Source: a virus | Strand: one strand, 5' to 3' | Length of the DNA: 64,000 nt | IMG/VR virus record: IMGVR_UViG_3300005098_000017 | Coordinates: 64,001 to 128,000 of that record | Shown: positions 1 to 9,015 of the stretch, piece after piece | Layout: the number at the start of each line of letters is the position of its first letter | Position numbering within the stretch: position 1 is the stretch's first letter | Notes under the pieces: model-generated | Seen by the model: only the letters and a program-made list of their open reading frames with translations | The model's database searches: none | What the model was told of the DNA's origin: nothing | Position numbers and translations under genes: made by a program

Positions 1-195
1 CTGGAAGTAATCTATTGATACTATTGTATATTCATCTGATTTATATAGCCCTTTGGGCATGGATTCATATATAATAATTCCTGCCACATAAGATGCAAGG
101 CATACGAGCACAACATGTATGATATCTAACCTCACTTTCTTGAATAATAAACGCAAAATAATAACGAGACAAATTGGTAATATAAGCCAAACCAT
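1..195 (-). CDS. Membrane-anchored protein, paralog of 209..679 (runs off the window start)
   Basis: Hand translation MVWLILPICLVIILRLLF...ASYVAGIIIYESMPKGLYKSDEYTIVSIDYFQ; GGAGG RBS upstream; shares W-ILPI, ASY, YES and YKxDEYTIVSI with the next ORF. Confidence 0.8.
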   Translation of the reverse strand, partial: MVWLILPICLVIILRLLFKKVRLDIIHVVLVCLASYVAGIIIYESMPKGLYKSDEYTIVSIDYFQ

Positions 196-208
196 AAGCA
201 GCCTCCTT

Positions 209-679
209 TCACAAGACAAATTGCTTCAACATAGCGCCTTTTGGTACATGTATTATGTAATGGTGAATGGTTGGTTTACCGATAGCAACTAATTTCCACT
301 TAGGAAATCGCGGCTTCATTTTATAAACACACACGCTACCATAATATGTGCTATCTTCTAGAATAATAGATTTGGATGCCGGGACATATACCAATTGAAA
401 TTCATCACCAACCTTTTTATAGGCTACATATACCATCTTCTCCTCGATATGACCTACACCTAAGAAAAACTCTTCCCGCATATGTTGAGATGAGTTGATC
501 GATACGATAGTATACTCATCATCCTTATATACCTCCTTATTCAACGATTCATACGCAAGCATCCCAAAAAGAATGGTCCCCGCATATGACGCTATCATTA
601 CAGGTATGGAAATAATAATACTACGTGTACGCAATAGGGCATATAACATAATCAATATTGGTAATATAAACCAAATCAT
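209..679 (-). CDS. Hypothetical membrane protein (two N-terminal hydrophobic segments)
   Basis: 156-aa ORF, AGGAGG RBS. Confidence 0.75.
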   Translation of the reverse strand: MIWFILPILIMLYALLRTRSIIISIPVMIASYAGTILFGMLAYESLNKEVYKDDEYTIVSINSSQHMREEFFLGVGHIEEKMVYVAYKKVGDEFQLVYVPASKSIILEDSTYYGSVCVYKMKPRFPKWKLVAIGKPTIHHYIIHVPKGAMLKQFVL

Positions 680-688
680 AAGACCTCC

Positions 689-1051
689 TTAGCTTGTCCT
701 TAGATATATCAGGACTGTTACAATATCATCATCAGTAATGCTTCCATAAGCCTGCTTCAACTGGTACTTTAACGTATTATAATCCCTTGCTGCCATATTG
801 TGTTCAATCTCAAGAAGCGGGCGTGGTATATCCTTTAGCTTACCGACCCAATGACCTAATATCCACCCCGTACCGACAAGCTCGTACACAAAGGGAGGCC
901 GGCACCTTCCATAATGATCCTTGTGACACACCCATAATTCAAGCTCTTCACCCAATTCAACCTTAGCCCATCCAGTACCCTTCCTTACTGTCGTAGCAAT
1001 ATGCCCTACAGGTACATCGAATTCATGACACCTGTTTCTCAATCGTCTCAT
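689..1051 (-). CDS. Hypothetical protein, possibly ASCH/PUA-like
   Basis: TTVRKG near the N-terminus and LKQAYG...IVTVL at the C-terminus resemble the ASCH pattern. Confidence 0.45.
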   Translation of the reverse strand: MRRLRNRCHEFDVPVGHIATTVRKGTGWAKVELGEELELWVCHKDHYGRCRPPFVYELVGTGWILGHWVGKLKDIPRPLLEIEHNMAARDYNTLKYQLKQAYGSITDDDIVTVLIYLRTS

Positions 1052-1134
1052 TATGATTCTCCTGAATCTTTTCTAATATATTTATAGAAAACAAATCCTA
1101 ATATAAGCCCCACAACGAACCAAAAGAATCCCAT
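1051..1134 (-). CDS. 27-aa single-TM peptide (MGFFWFVVGLILGFVFYKYIRKDSGES)
   Basis: Hand translation; GGAGG RBS at 1141-1145; fills the gap exactly and its stop overlaps the next start. Confidence 0.6.
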   Translation of the reverse strand: MGFFWFVVGLILGFVFYKYIRKDSGES

Positions 1135-1137
1135 AGC

Positions 1138-1749
1138 TCACCTCCTTGTTTTTATTATTACATCACCTTGAATTTCCAAGTCAAAGAAGCAGTTAGGCGC
1201 GCGCTCCTTGAGAATCTTTAAGATATCAATAAATATCCGCCTTATCTCCCATTGTGCTGAAGCCGCGCCCCTTAGCTCTATCATATGTCTCCATTGGCGG
1301 AAATTAGCAGTCACAACGATCTGCGATGTACATGCATTGGGTAAAACAAATCTCGCATCCTCTTTAGGAATACCTAATGTCAGGAGGACGCTATATAACT
1401 TCTGTAAATATCGCATTATTTCTTCATATAGAAGGCGGGCTTCCTCATTACCTTCTATTGAAGGTGGTACTATATAAGTGAAGCCGGCCTCCTTTACATA
1501 TCTTTGCGATCTTTGTGTATAGGAACATAACCTGTGCCTAACAAGCTGGTGAGTCGCCGCACGGGATATATTCTTAATAAGGAAGGTAGCAGATGCATGC
1601 TCTAATACTGATAGATGACCCCACTTTATAAGCTTACGTATGAGTTCACCAGGTTGACCTTTAGGTTCCGATGCATGTGATACTCTACCAGCCTGCTCAA
1701 TAAGCTCCTCAGCATTGGGAGTTATTGATAATAATGTTATGTCAGCCAA
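1138..1749 (-). CDS. thyX: FAD-dependent thymidylate synthase
   Basis: GHLSVLEH and the ThyX signature HQLVRHRLCSYTQRSQRY; EDARFVLP; AQWEIR. Confidence 0.97.
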   Translation of the reverse strand: MADITLLSITPNAEELIEQAGRVSHASEPKGQPGELIRKLIKWGHLSVLEHASATFLIKNISRAATHQLVRHRLCSYTQRSQRYVKEAGFTYIVPPSIEGNEEARLLYEEIMRYLQKLYSVLLTLGIPKEDARFVLPNACTSQIVVTANFRQWRHMIELRGAASAQWEIRRIFIDILKILKERAPNCFFDLEIQGDVIIKTRR

Positions 1750-1806
1750 CTGCTCCTCCTTTTAATGAATACATTATCATCATCCTCTTGCAATATCTTT
1801 AACTAA

Positions 1807-2148
1807 TTATCCATTATGATCCTTTTCCTTTAATTTATTAACTATATTTTCCAAGTTTTTAAATTTATTAATATAATAACCCATAATTTCTATTGCCGTA
1901 TCAATATCAATGGGAATGTCAAAAGCAACAGCCATAATTTCTTGATCATCATAATTCAATTCACAAGATATTGTTAACACCCCTTCATCAAATTCTAAAT
2001 CAAAATCCCCTACTGCCCCCTCAAATGCTAATGGATCTTTCTCTTTTATAAATTCATCATCATAAATCTGTCTTGCTTTTCGTCTTGCTTCTTCTACATA
2101 AGATTCAAACCTCTTATTAAATACATCTATGAATGCCGATAGACTCAT
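1807..2148 (-). CDS. Acidic hypothetical protein
   Basis: 113-aa ORF in the overlapping gene string. Confidence 0.7.
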   Translation of the reverse strand: MSLSAFIDVFNKRFESYVEEARRKARQIYDDEFIKEKDPLAFEGAVGDFDLEFDEGVLTISCELNYDDQEIMAVAFDIPIDIDTAIEIMGYYINKFKNLENIVNKLKEKDHNG

Positions 2149-2351
2149 AATCCCTCCTTTTTTATTTTTGGAACATACATTACCTCTCCATTACTAACTA
2201 TCTTATGTGCAGGCATGCAATTTCTACAATCAGCACCACATGGCATCAGATCATCAACACCACATCCGCAACCCTCATCCGGTGAACATAATCCATCATA
2301 ACCATGATTGACTAACCATTCCTTTACAATCTCCTCTACTGTTTTATCCAC
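2145..2351 (-). CDS. Small Cys-rich hypothetical protein
   Basis: GYDGLC...CGC..DDLMPC...C..C. Confidence 0.7.
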   Translation of the reverse strand: MDKTVEEIVKEWLVNHGYDGLCSPDEGCGCGVDDLMPCGADCRNCMPAHKIVSNGEVMYVPKIKKEGL

Positions 2352-2363
2352 AATTCCTCCTTG

Positions 2364-2576
2364 TCAAGATTCTAACAATTCCTCATCAAATATTTTTATT
2401 AACCGCTGCCTGCAGTCATTCCAGCCACTAAAATAAGCCTGCAATTCTCTCTCTGATTCTGATGGAATGTTTTCTTGCCGTAATCTTGCAAGCACAAAAT
2501 TTTTAATGTCTTTAACCAACTCCTTCACAAACCTCTCATAGATAATTCTCTCATAATAATCATTGGATAATAACAT
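2364..2576 (-). CDS. Hypothetical protein (start probably ATG 2576 after AGGAGG)
   Basis: ORF track 2364..2609; RBS at 2581-2587; contains YFSGWNDCR. Confidence 0.65.
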   Translation of the reverse strand: MLLSNDYYERIIYERFVKELVKDIKNFVLARLRQENIPSESERELQAYFSGWNDCRQRLIKIFDEELLES

Positions 2577-2641
2577 ATCCACCTCCTTTTTTCCCACTAT
2601 AATATGCATAGAAGCCTAAATGTCAAGGTATAATTTCAAAG

Positions 2642-3331
2642 ATGAAACGAATACAACACATACTGTTATTAATAATAGTATTAATAATTATCGCTATAGG
2701 ACATCCCTTCCGTCCATTTTATGTCTTCTTCCAAGAGGGCTATAATGACACAGCATATGTGGACACTACAGATGCATGCATCCCTTGTTCAACATCATAT
2801 AATGTAACGATCTGCACAACAGCTGTCATATCATCGCTACCTATTGACACAACAGACGATACACTATGGCATGGTTACTTATTAAAGCTGTGGATAAAAG
2901 ACACCTCAGGATACACAAGCGATACATTTTATGTGAATGATACATGCTTCAGAACATTGTATCAAGTAGTACCTTGCAATATAGCACCTACATGTTCACT
3001 GGTATGGGGATACCATTTCTGGGTCATAAATCTAGATTGCATCAATATACAATATGGCATCTATGTAGGCGATGGTGATAGCGTATGTGTTTACATCGGG
3101 AAAGATATGCAACATGGACAAAAATGCGTAGCGATAAATAGTAGCACACCAGTACATCAACTAAGAGTGATAGCCGGAGATACAACACCCGTTTACATAA
3201 GTGAATTCCCTGTCATCCCATATCCAGCTTATTCGGATACGTACTGGTATGACATACGTGGAAGAAGAACACTACCGTATAGAAGTGGCGTTTATCTACA
3301 TAGAAGACGGGTTATCGTAATAATAAAATAA
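2642..3331 (+). CDS. Secreted Cys-rich protein with a T9SS/Por-type C-terminal sorting-like tail (paralog A)
   Basis: Signal peptide MKRIQHILLLIIVLIIIAIG; C-terminus WYDIRGRR...SGVYLHRRRVIVIIK. Confidence 0.75.
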   Translation: MKRIQHILLLIIVLIIIAIGHPFRPFYVFFQEGYNDTAYVDTTDACIPCSTSYNVTICTTAVISSLPIDTTDDTLWHGYLLKLWIKDTSGYTSDTFYVNDTCFRTLYQVVPCNIAPTCSLVWGYHFWVINLDCINIQYGIYVGDGDSVCVYIGKDMQHGQKCVAINSSTPVHQLRVIAGDTTPVYISEFPVIPYPAYSDTYWYDIRGRRTLPYRSGVYLHRRRVIVIIK

Positions 3332-4033
3332 TCATTTGAGGTGCACCTTCACCTTACCATCTTCTATATAAACAGTAGGTGGGGTCCCTCGAAGCCGGCG
3401 TCCTCTAAGATCAAATCGCCCTTTTAGGTAGGGAAGCCGCGGCTTCTTCTTATCATCCTCTATAATAAGACTACTTGTATCGGGCAGAACAATCCTCATA
3501 ATTTGATAAAGTGATAGATTATCATATGCAATGCACTTGCGTCCCCAAATGCTGCCTTTCGTTATATAGACACATAATGAATCACCACTTGCTAAACTAG
3601 GATATGCACTTCTGCCTATATCAATGATCCAAAGGTGATAACCCCAAACAGTACTGCATGTTGGAGCAAGATGATCTATGCAAGGCTGCACCCTCCACAA
3701 AGGTATAGATGCTGATGGACATGAATGTATGTCACAGCTATCCCAAATGGTATCCGCAGAACTATCATAGATAAAAAACTTGAGAGAGAACCCATACCAT
3801 ACATCATCAGTACTATCCGTATCAGTACCCATTGACGATATTACTTGTAGTGTACATAGATTGCGGTTGAAAGAAGCCGCGCACTTTGAACAGATGCCCA
3901 TCGTATCAACATAAGCTGTATCATTATATCCCAACTGGAATAGAACAAAGAACCACCGAGGTGGCGGAGGTGGGTCGGCAGCAACCAATGATATCCCGAT
4001 CGCTAATAGTATAATAATACTAATCTTCTTCAT
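3332..4033 (-). CDS. Secreted Cys-rich protein with a T9SS/Por-type C-terminal sorting-like tail (paralog B)
   Basis: Signal peptide ending LVAA; shares GYNDTAYVDT, APTCSxVWGYHxW and GDSxCVYI with paralog A; C-terminus RFDLRGRR...VYIEDGKVKVHLK. Confidence 0.75.
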   Translation of the reverse strand: MKKISIIILLAIGISLVAADPPPPPRWFFVLFQLGYNDTAYVDTMGICSKCAASFNRNLCTLQVISSMGTDTDSTDDVWYGFSLKFFIYDSSADTIWDSCDIHSCPSASIPLWRVQPCIDHLAPTCSTVWGYHLWIIDIGRSAYPSLASGDSLCVYITKGSIWGRKCIAYDNLSLYQIMRIVLPDTSSLIIEDDKKKPRLPYLKGRFDLRGRRLRGTPPTVYIEDGKVKVHLK

Positions 4034-4223
4034 CTTTATCTTTTTTAGATGGCATAAGCAATTTAGCTATAAGTACAATCACACCTACAATTACAACACC
4101 AATTATGCCAAATGTCCCTATCAGCGCCAATGCATCCATCTCGGGACCTGTGAATGGATCCTGAGCAAAAGCGACGTTAAAGATACCAAGTGCCCATAAT
4201 ATGTAATATAGTCTCGCCATCAT
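4020..4223 (-). CDS. Small membrane protein (signal peptide plus one TM helix)
   Basis: AFA cleavage motif, hydrophobic core IGTFGIIGVVIVGVIVLIA, charged tail. Confidence 0.7.
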   Translation of the reverse strand: MMARLYYILWALGIFNVAFAQDPFTGPEMDALALIGTFGIIGVVIVGVIVLIAKLLMPSKKDKDEED

Positions 4224-4248
4224 TCAATAATACCTTAATCAAAATTCA

Positions 4249-4276
4249 TTGAAGATTCCCAGAAATACGGTATAAT
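4249..4276 (+). promoter_or_regulatory. Sigma70-like promoter for the glycosyltransferase
   Basis: TTGAAG-16 bp-TATAAT, followed by an AGGAG RBS. Confidence 0.55.
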
Positions 4277-4299
4277 CAGACCAAAAGAAAGGAGCGTGT

Positions 4300-6204
4300 A
4301 TGATTATAAAGGTCCCACTCAGGCAAGACACAAAAACTGTTTCACAGAAAGGTTACCCTGTCATAGCGGTAATATCTGGTAATACACATTTTTATTCCGG
4401 TGGGAGATATTATATGTACGAGGTAGCTGTTGCATTATCTGAATTAGGAGCCGAAGTGCATTTCATTACGAATGTGCGTCCAAGGCATTTTGAAAAGGAT
4501 TTCAAAGATTATGATATCAGTAAAATTCATTGGCATGTTGATAGAAATTATAAAGCCGATCTACCTCCCTTAGATGCTGTTATCGGCTCCCCTCTTCATA
4601 CAGCTCTCATAGCCGTTGATCTTGCGGGCTTACATTCATGCCCTTCAATTATCATTGTCTTTGAAACACCTAACTGGTATGCAAAATATGAAGAGGATGA
4701 ACATAAATATATGCCACGAAAACCACCATTTGAGATGTTCAAGCAAGCCTTAATAGAGTGTGATCGTATTATAGCAATTAGCCACGAAGGTGCCAAACAT
4801 ATCCCCCAATGGGATAGCAGGATTCCACCAGATAAAATTAGTGTTATAAGACCCGTTGTAAATCATAAATGCGCTGATAAATATAAAAATAAATCCGCAA
4901 GAGAACGTAGTGTTACATACGTGGGTAGATTGGTGTTTAATAAACAATTTTGGGAGCTCTATGATGTTATAATGAATGATCCCGAACCATATGTATTTCA
5001 TGTTGTTACATCAACGATATCAGAAGCCGAGCGCAAAGCACACATGGGAAATGAGAAACACCCCGTCCAGTGGCATCTTAAGGTTGGTGATGACAAAAAA
5101 TTCGAAATATTATCAAAAACATCAGCCTTAATTTTACCAACCAAGTTCGAGGGTTATGGTATGCCTCCACAGGAATCATTATATCTGAATACACATACTA
5201 TTGTTACGGATCTACCTGTTTTCCGTAATGAGCATGCAATAAAGGATGATGCACACTTTGTTAAGGACATGAAAGAAATTCCAAGTGTAGTTCACAAGGT
5301 ACTTGGTAAGACATGTACACCTAAGGGACACATACCAACGATGGAGGATATGAAAAGAGAGCTTCTGCAGGTTAAGGAGATACCATTTAAGTGGCGCTCC
5401 GAAGACGATATCCTCATAAGCTTTTCATGTTGCGTCTTTAATAATGCTAAACATATAAGAGAGTGTATTGAATCAATTTATGATCATGCATATGAGATAA
5501 TCATTGTTGAAGGAGCTACCGATTGGTGGGCTAACTACTTTAAGAGTCCTACAGGTATCAGCACTGATGGAACACATGAAATAATTATGGATCTTATAAA
5601 AAATGATAGCAAGGGGGTTATAAAATATTATGGTCCCCTGCGTTTCCCTCATAAGGTACAGATGAGGCGTTATGCGGTAAATAAAATTGATAAAGAAGCT
5701 GTGAGAAGCGGGCGCCTCGTCTATTGGATCGTGGATGCTGATGAAATCTATACTGATGAAAGCATTAAAGCAATGAAACGCGCCATCCTAACGCATCAAA
5801 GAGGCATTGTTTTTCAACCAACATACAGACATCACTGGATTGATCCACGGTATGTCATAGAAGGCGGGCCATGGAGCGCGCCTCATACAAGAGTCGTCGT
5901 GTGGAATAGGAAATATGGTTACCATAAGCGTGATCAATATTATATACAGAGACATAACGAACCATTGGATGAGCAGGGCATAGGGCTTAATATAATGAGG
6001 CCAAAGTATTATGTAAGCCGCGGCTTAGGTGTATTAGTCCCTGACTGCATCGTTGACCACTATGCATATGATTATAACCTAGAAGCCAAAATGCAATTCT
6101 ATAAGGAACGTGGCGATAATGCATACAAATTAATGGTTGCTGTTATGCAATGGAAGCCTGGCAAACCATTACCAAAAGGTATTACGATTAAGCGCATAAA
6201 TTAA
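4300..6204 (+). CDS. Two-domain glycosyltransferase (N-terminal GT-B/GT4 plus C-terminal GT-A/GT2)
   Basis: SGG near the N-terminus, YVGRL, PTKFEGYGMPPQES (GT4 E-x7-E); then CVFNN...EIIIVEG...STDGT...WIVDADE (GT2 DxD). Confidence 0.9.
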   Translation: MIIKVPLRQDTKTVSQKGYPVIAVISGNTHFYSGGRYYMYEVAVALSELGAEVHFITNVRPRHFEKDFKDYDISKIHWHVDRNYKADLPPLDAVIGSPLHTALIAVDLAGLHSCPSIIIVFETPNWYAKYEEDEHKYMPRKPPFEMFKQALIECDRIIAISHEGAKHIPQWDSRIPPDKISVIRPVVNHKCADKYKNKSARERSVTYVGRLVFNKQFWELYDVIMNDPEPYVFHVVTSTISEAERKAHMGNEKHPVQWHLKVGDDKKFEILSKTSALILPTKFEGYGMPPQESLYLNTHTIVTDLPVFRNEHAIKDDAHFVKDMKEIPSVVHKVLGKTCTPKGHIPTMEDMKRELLQVKEIPFKWRSEDDILISFSCCVFNNAKHIRECIESIYDHAYEIIIVEGATDWWANYFKSPTGISTDGTHEIIMDLIKNDSKGVIKYYGPLRFPHKVQMRRYAVNKIDKEAVRSGRLVYWIVDADEIYTDESIKAMKRAILTHQRGIVFQPTYRHHWIDPRYVIEGGPWSAPHTRVVVWNRKYGYHKRDQYYIQRHNEPLDEQGIGLNIMRPKYYVSRGLGVLVPDCIVDHYAYDYNLEAKMQFYKERGDNAYKLMVAVMQWKPGKPLPKGITIKRIN

Positions 6205-6599
6205 ACATGCCGTTCAAAATGGGGTACATCCTTGAATGTCTTAAAGTTGCCGCCCCATCTGTTCTTCTTATCAAGACTCTCCCAGTACTCACCAAACGGT
6301 TTAATATCATTATAGTCCCATGTTAAAGTGTAATATTTCCCATCAACAACAATAATCGTCTGCTCATACTTATACTTTTCACCCTCCTGTATTGGCTTAA
6401 AGAAATTAAGGTCAATAGCGAGCCGCTTCAAATGATATGAATTCATTGTCTTACTGCGCCCCGTTTCCACATATATCCGTTGCGTTTCAGGAGAGCGCCA
6501 GAGTTCTCCCCCCGTAACAACCCAGCCTCTTTCTTCGACATACTTAATCAGTTTCGCTACATCCTTCAGAAACTCCCACTGTTCCTTCACTAATGACAT
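6201..6599 (-). CDS. M15-family peptidase (L-Ala-D-Glu peptidase-like endolysin)
   Basis: R-S..Q, SYHLKRLAIDL, WGG and DVPHFE zinc-binding motifs. Confidence 0.9.
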   Translation of the reverse strand: MSLVKEQWEFLKDVAKLIKYVEERGWVVTGGELWRSPETQRIYVETGRSKTMNSYHLKRLAIDLNFFKPIQEGEKYKYEQTIIVVDGKYYTLTWDYNDIKPFGEYWESLDKKNRWGGNFKTFKDVPHFERHV

Positions 6600-6876
6600 C
6601 TTCCTGAACCTCCTCTTCTTTTGGTTTCTCCTTTGACCCTTGGAAAATAAGACGATGCCCTTCTTCCTTGCTTATTAATGCAATGGTACCTCCAAAGTCA
6701 ATCTTACCAATATAATTTTCATCCTCATATTCAATATAGATCCATCCAGTGTGCTGCCCACTCGCATCTACAATTTTACCATCCTCTTCGATATAGAATG
6801 CTGGATCACCACGTTGTGTAATAAGACACGCCTTATAGTTACCATAATCATAATAAAATTTGTGAAAAAATAGCAT
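6544..6876 (-). CDS. Hypothetical protein
   Basis: 110-aa ORF with AGGAGG RBS. Confidence 0.65.
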   Translation of the reverse strand: MLFFHKFYYDYGNYKACLITQRGDPAFYIEEDGKIVDASGQHTGWIYIEYEDENYIGKIDFGGTIALISKEEGHRLIFQGSKEKPKEEEVQEDVISEGTVGVSEGCSETD

Positions 6877-6887
6877 CTAACACCTCC

Positions 6888-7601
6888 TTATGCTATAAGC
6901 CCTGCCTTTACCTTTGATAAATATGATAACAAACATTGTTCCTTCTCTTCATCTCTATATTCTTTTGTTATTACAGGCCAGCCGCGCTTCTTACAACTAT
7001 TATTAATCCATGAGCGACGGTGGAATATAGTAAGCCCGCGGCTTCTCATCTCATCAATTGCCTGCTTACTAAACCCACCGCTATATTTATATCCAAATAA
7101 TTCAACAAACAACCTCCGAAACTCATCATAGACATATCGTGCAATGATGCTTGCCGCCGCTATTGAATAATGCGTCTCATCACCACCATGAACACCAAAT
7201 TGAGGCACACTTAATCCATCAACATCATAATAATCCACGAATACAACCGCATTACCATTATCCTTAGTGATTCGATCTACTATATTCTTAATAACATCTA
7301 ATTCGTGCTTACGATAATTGCCACCACCATCTACAATGTGGAAATCACAGTAATCAACATAAACAGGAAACCTTTCCATAAGTGATAATGCCACCTTCTT
7401 GCGTTCCTTTACCGTAAGTACCTTGCAATCAGCAACAGGTATTAATGGATATTCAACAGGCGGAATAATTTTAACTGCACCCACAATAATAGGTTGCAGG
7501 GAAGAAAAGACATTTACCTCATCAAATCCAATGATAGTCATACCTTCATCAATGTACTGTTTCTCATCAGGATCAAAATCTGTTAACCAATGCTTTCCCA
7601 T
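6888..7601 (-). CDS. rnhB: Ribonuclease HII-like protein
   Basis: IGFDEV, DCKVLT (for DSKKL), VFVD, GD....SIAAASIIAR, HRRSW. Confidence 0.85.
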   Translation of the reverse strand: MGKHWLTDFDPDEKQYIDEGMTIIGFDEVNVFSSLQPIIVGAVKIIPPVEYPLIPVADCKVLTVKERKKVALSLMERFPVYVDYCDFHIVDGGGNYRKHELDVIKNIVDRITKDNGNAVVFVDYYDVDGLSVPQFGVHGGDETHYSIAAASIIARYVYDEFRRLFVELFGYKYSGGFSKQAIDEMRSRGLTIFHRRSWINNSCKKRGWPVITKEYRDEEKEQCLLSYLSKVKAGLIA

Positions 7602-8068
7602 TATTCCTCATAAACATTTTGTGTTGCCCAATACCCTAAACAAATAGCATCTGCTATATTATGGTTATCTATCTCCTGTCCTGATAGCTCAGACGCGAGC
7701 CTCATAGAATAACGTTTGCGATCAACACGTTTTGTCTGTGACGAACATTGCAATATATTTGTTTGCCATGTCTGGGGTTGCACAACCACAGGAATCCACC
7801 CATTACATTCAAAAATTGTTGCAATAGAAGCCCGCACCTCAACCAATCTTTCAAAAGTTAATACATTTCTCTTACTTGCCCGGGGATGAAGCCATTGACC
7901 TTCTATAACAAGCACCCGCGTATCTTTATCATATGTTGTGGATAGCTTGTGCATTTTATCCAAAAATTCTTCATCTCTTTCAATTAAACCCCAGCTTTTC
8001 AAGCGTCCATCCTCCCATATACTATAACCAATACGTTTCGTATCAGGATCAATAGCTATAATGATCAT
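7601..8068 (-). CDS. RuvC-like Holliday junction resolvase
   Basis: IIAIDPD, VIEGQ, PQTWQ, HNIADAICLG. Confidence 0.85.
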   Translation of the reverse strand: MIIIAIDPDTKRIGYSIWEDGRLKSWGLIERDEEFLDKMHKLSTTYDKDTRVLVIEGQWLHPRASKRNVLTFERLVEVRASIATIFECNGWIPVVVQPQTWQTNILQCSSQTKRVDRKRYSMRLASELSGQEIDNHNIADAICLGYWATQNVYEE

Positions 8069-9000
8069 TTCTTAAGCCTGCTTTCTATAAATTCCTTTAG
8101 GTTATCTTTATTTTGATAAATCTCTAGAGGATAGATACCGTTTTCAAGTAACCGATCAATCGAATATTTTTTACCATCAATTTTTATAGAATTACCTTCC
8201 ATTGGTATGCCAAAATCTGAAGCCGGCGCCAAATCAGACCACATATCAATCAAACCAATGTTCGGTTCAACCAACAAAATGTGATTCTTGCCCTCAATAA
8301 TGCTTGATGTTTTGGTTTTGACAATCGTAATCTTCACTGTGTCAAACTTATATTTACCACTTATACGGTGGAAAAACAATTTCAAATGATAAAGGTGTTT
8401 TAACAAATAAGGACCTGGCTCCCTATAACTCATATAAGCTTTAGTATATCTGGTAACCTGTCCACCTATGAGATCTCTTATTTGATTTATAATGATCGCA
8501 AGAATTTCTTTTTCACCTATCGCCGGAGCCCATACCTTAAGCTCGCGGCTTAATAAGCGCGCCAGTTCTGATACCTTCTGCTCCTGTGGCTTCGCTCTCT
8601 TCTCAAATTCAGTACTCATAGCCACAGCACTATCGAAGACAAACCCAACAATATCATCCAGATGTTTGGCATAAACATTACGCACATCCTCAAATATCTC
8701 CTCAGCTGTTGAACCACGTATAACAATCATTTCATCAAGCTTGCAACCTTGGATCTCAGCCCATCTTCCATCAAACATACGCTCTGCATCAACATAGACA
8801 GTAAGCCCGCCCTTCTTTTGTTCCTGTAAAAGACCTATTAGCGATAGGGCCAATGTTGTCTTACCAGTAGAAGGGCCACCCCAAAATCCTATGAACCTGC
8901 CTAACGGTATGCCATATAATGCTTTCGCCATAAAGGGGAAACGGGCTGACAGATCCAAATACTTGGTACTTGATAGTTCAGTCGCTTTTATTATTGCCAT
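8065..9000 (-). CDS. RecA/UvsX-like recombinase
   Basis: GIPLGR, Walker A GGPSTGKTT, YVDAE, FDSA, IIINQIR. Confidence 0.9.
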   Translation of the reverse strand: MAIIKATELSSTKYLDLSARFPFMAKALYGIPLGRFIGFWGGPSTGKTTLALSLIGLLQEQKKGGLTVYVDAERMFDGRWAEIQGCKLDEMIVIRGSTAEEIFEDVRNVYAKHLDDIVGFVFDSAVAMSTEFEKRAKPQEQKVSELARLLSRELKVWAPAIGEKEILAIIINQIRDLIGGQVTRYTKAYMSYREPGPYLLKHLYHLKLFFHRISGKYKFDTVKITIVKTKTSSIIEGKNHILLVEPNIGLIDMWSDLAPASDFGIPMEGNSIKIDGKKYSIDRLLENGIYPLEIYQNKDNLKEFIESRLKK

Positions 9001-9015
9001 CTTAAACCCCCTTTA

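Noticed and set aside
3433-3446. Dispersed palindromes as REP/MITE insertions or terminators
   Set aside because: Too short, inside intact reading frames, variable core, no target duplications or U tracts
2642-4033. Invertible (shufflon-like) cassette formed by the convergent paralogs
   Set aside because: Nucleotide sequences are diverged at synonymous sites; no flanking inverted repeats or invertase gene seen
6201-6876. Complete lysis cassette
   Set aside because: No adjacent holin or spanin recognisable; only the M15 peptidase is supported
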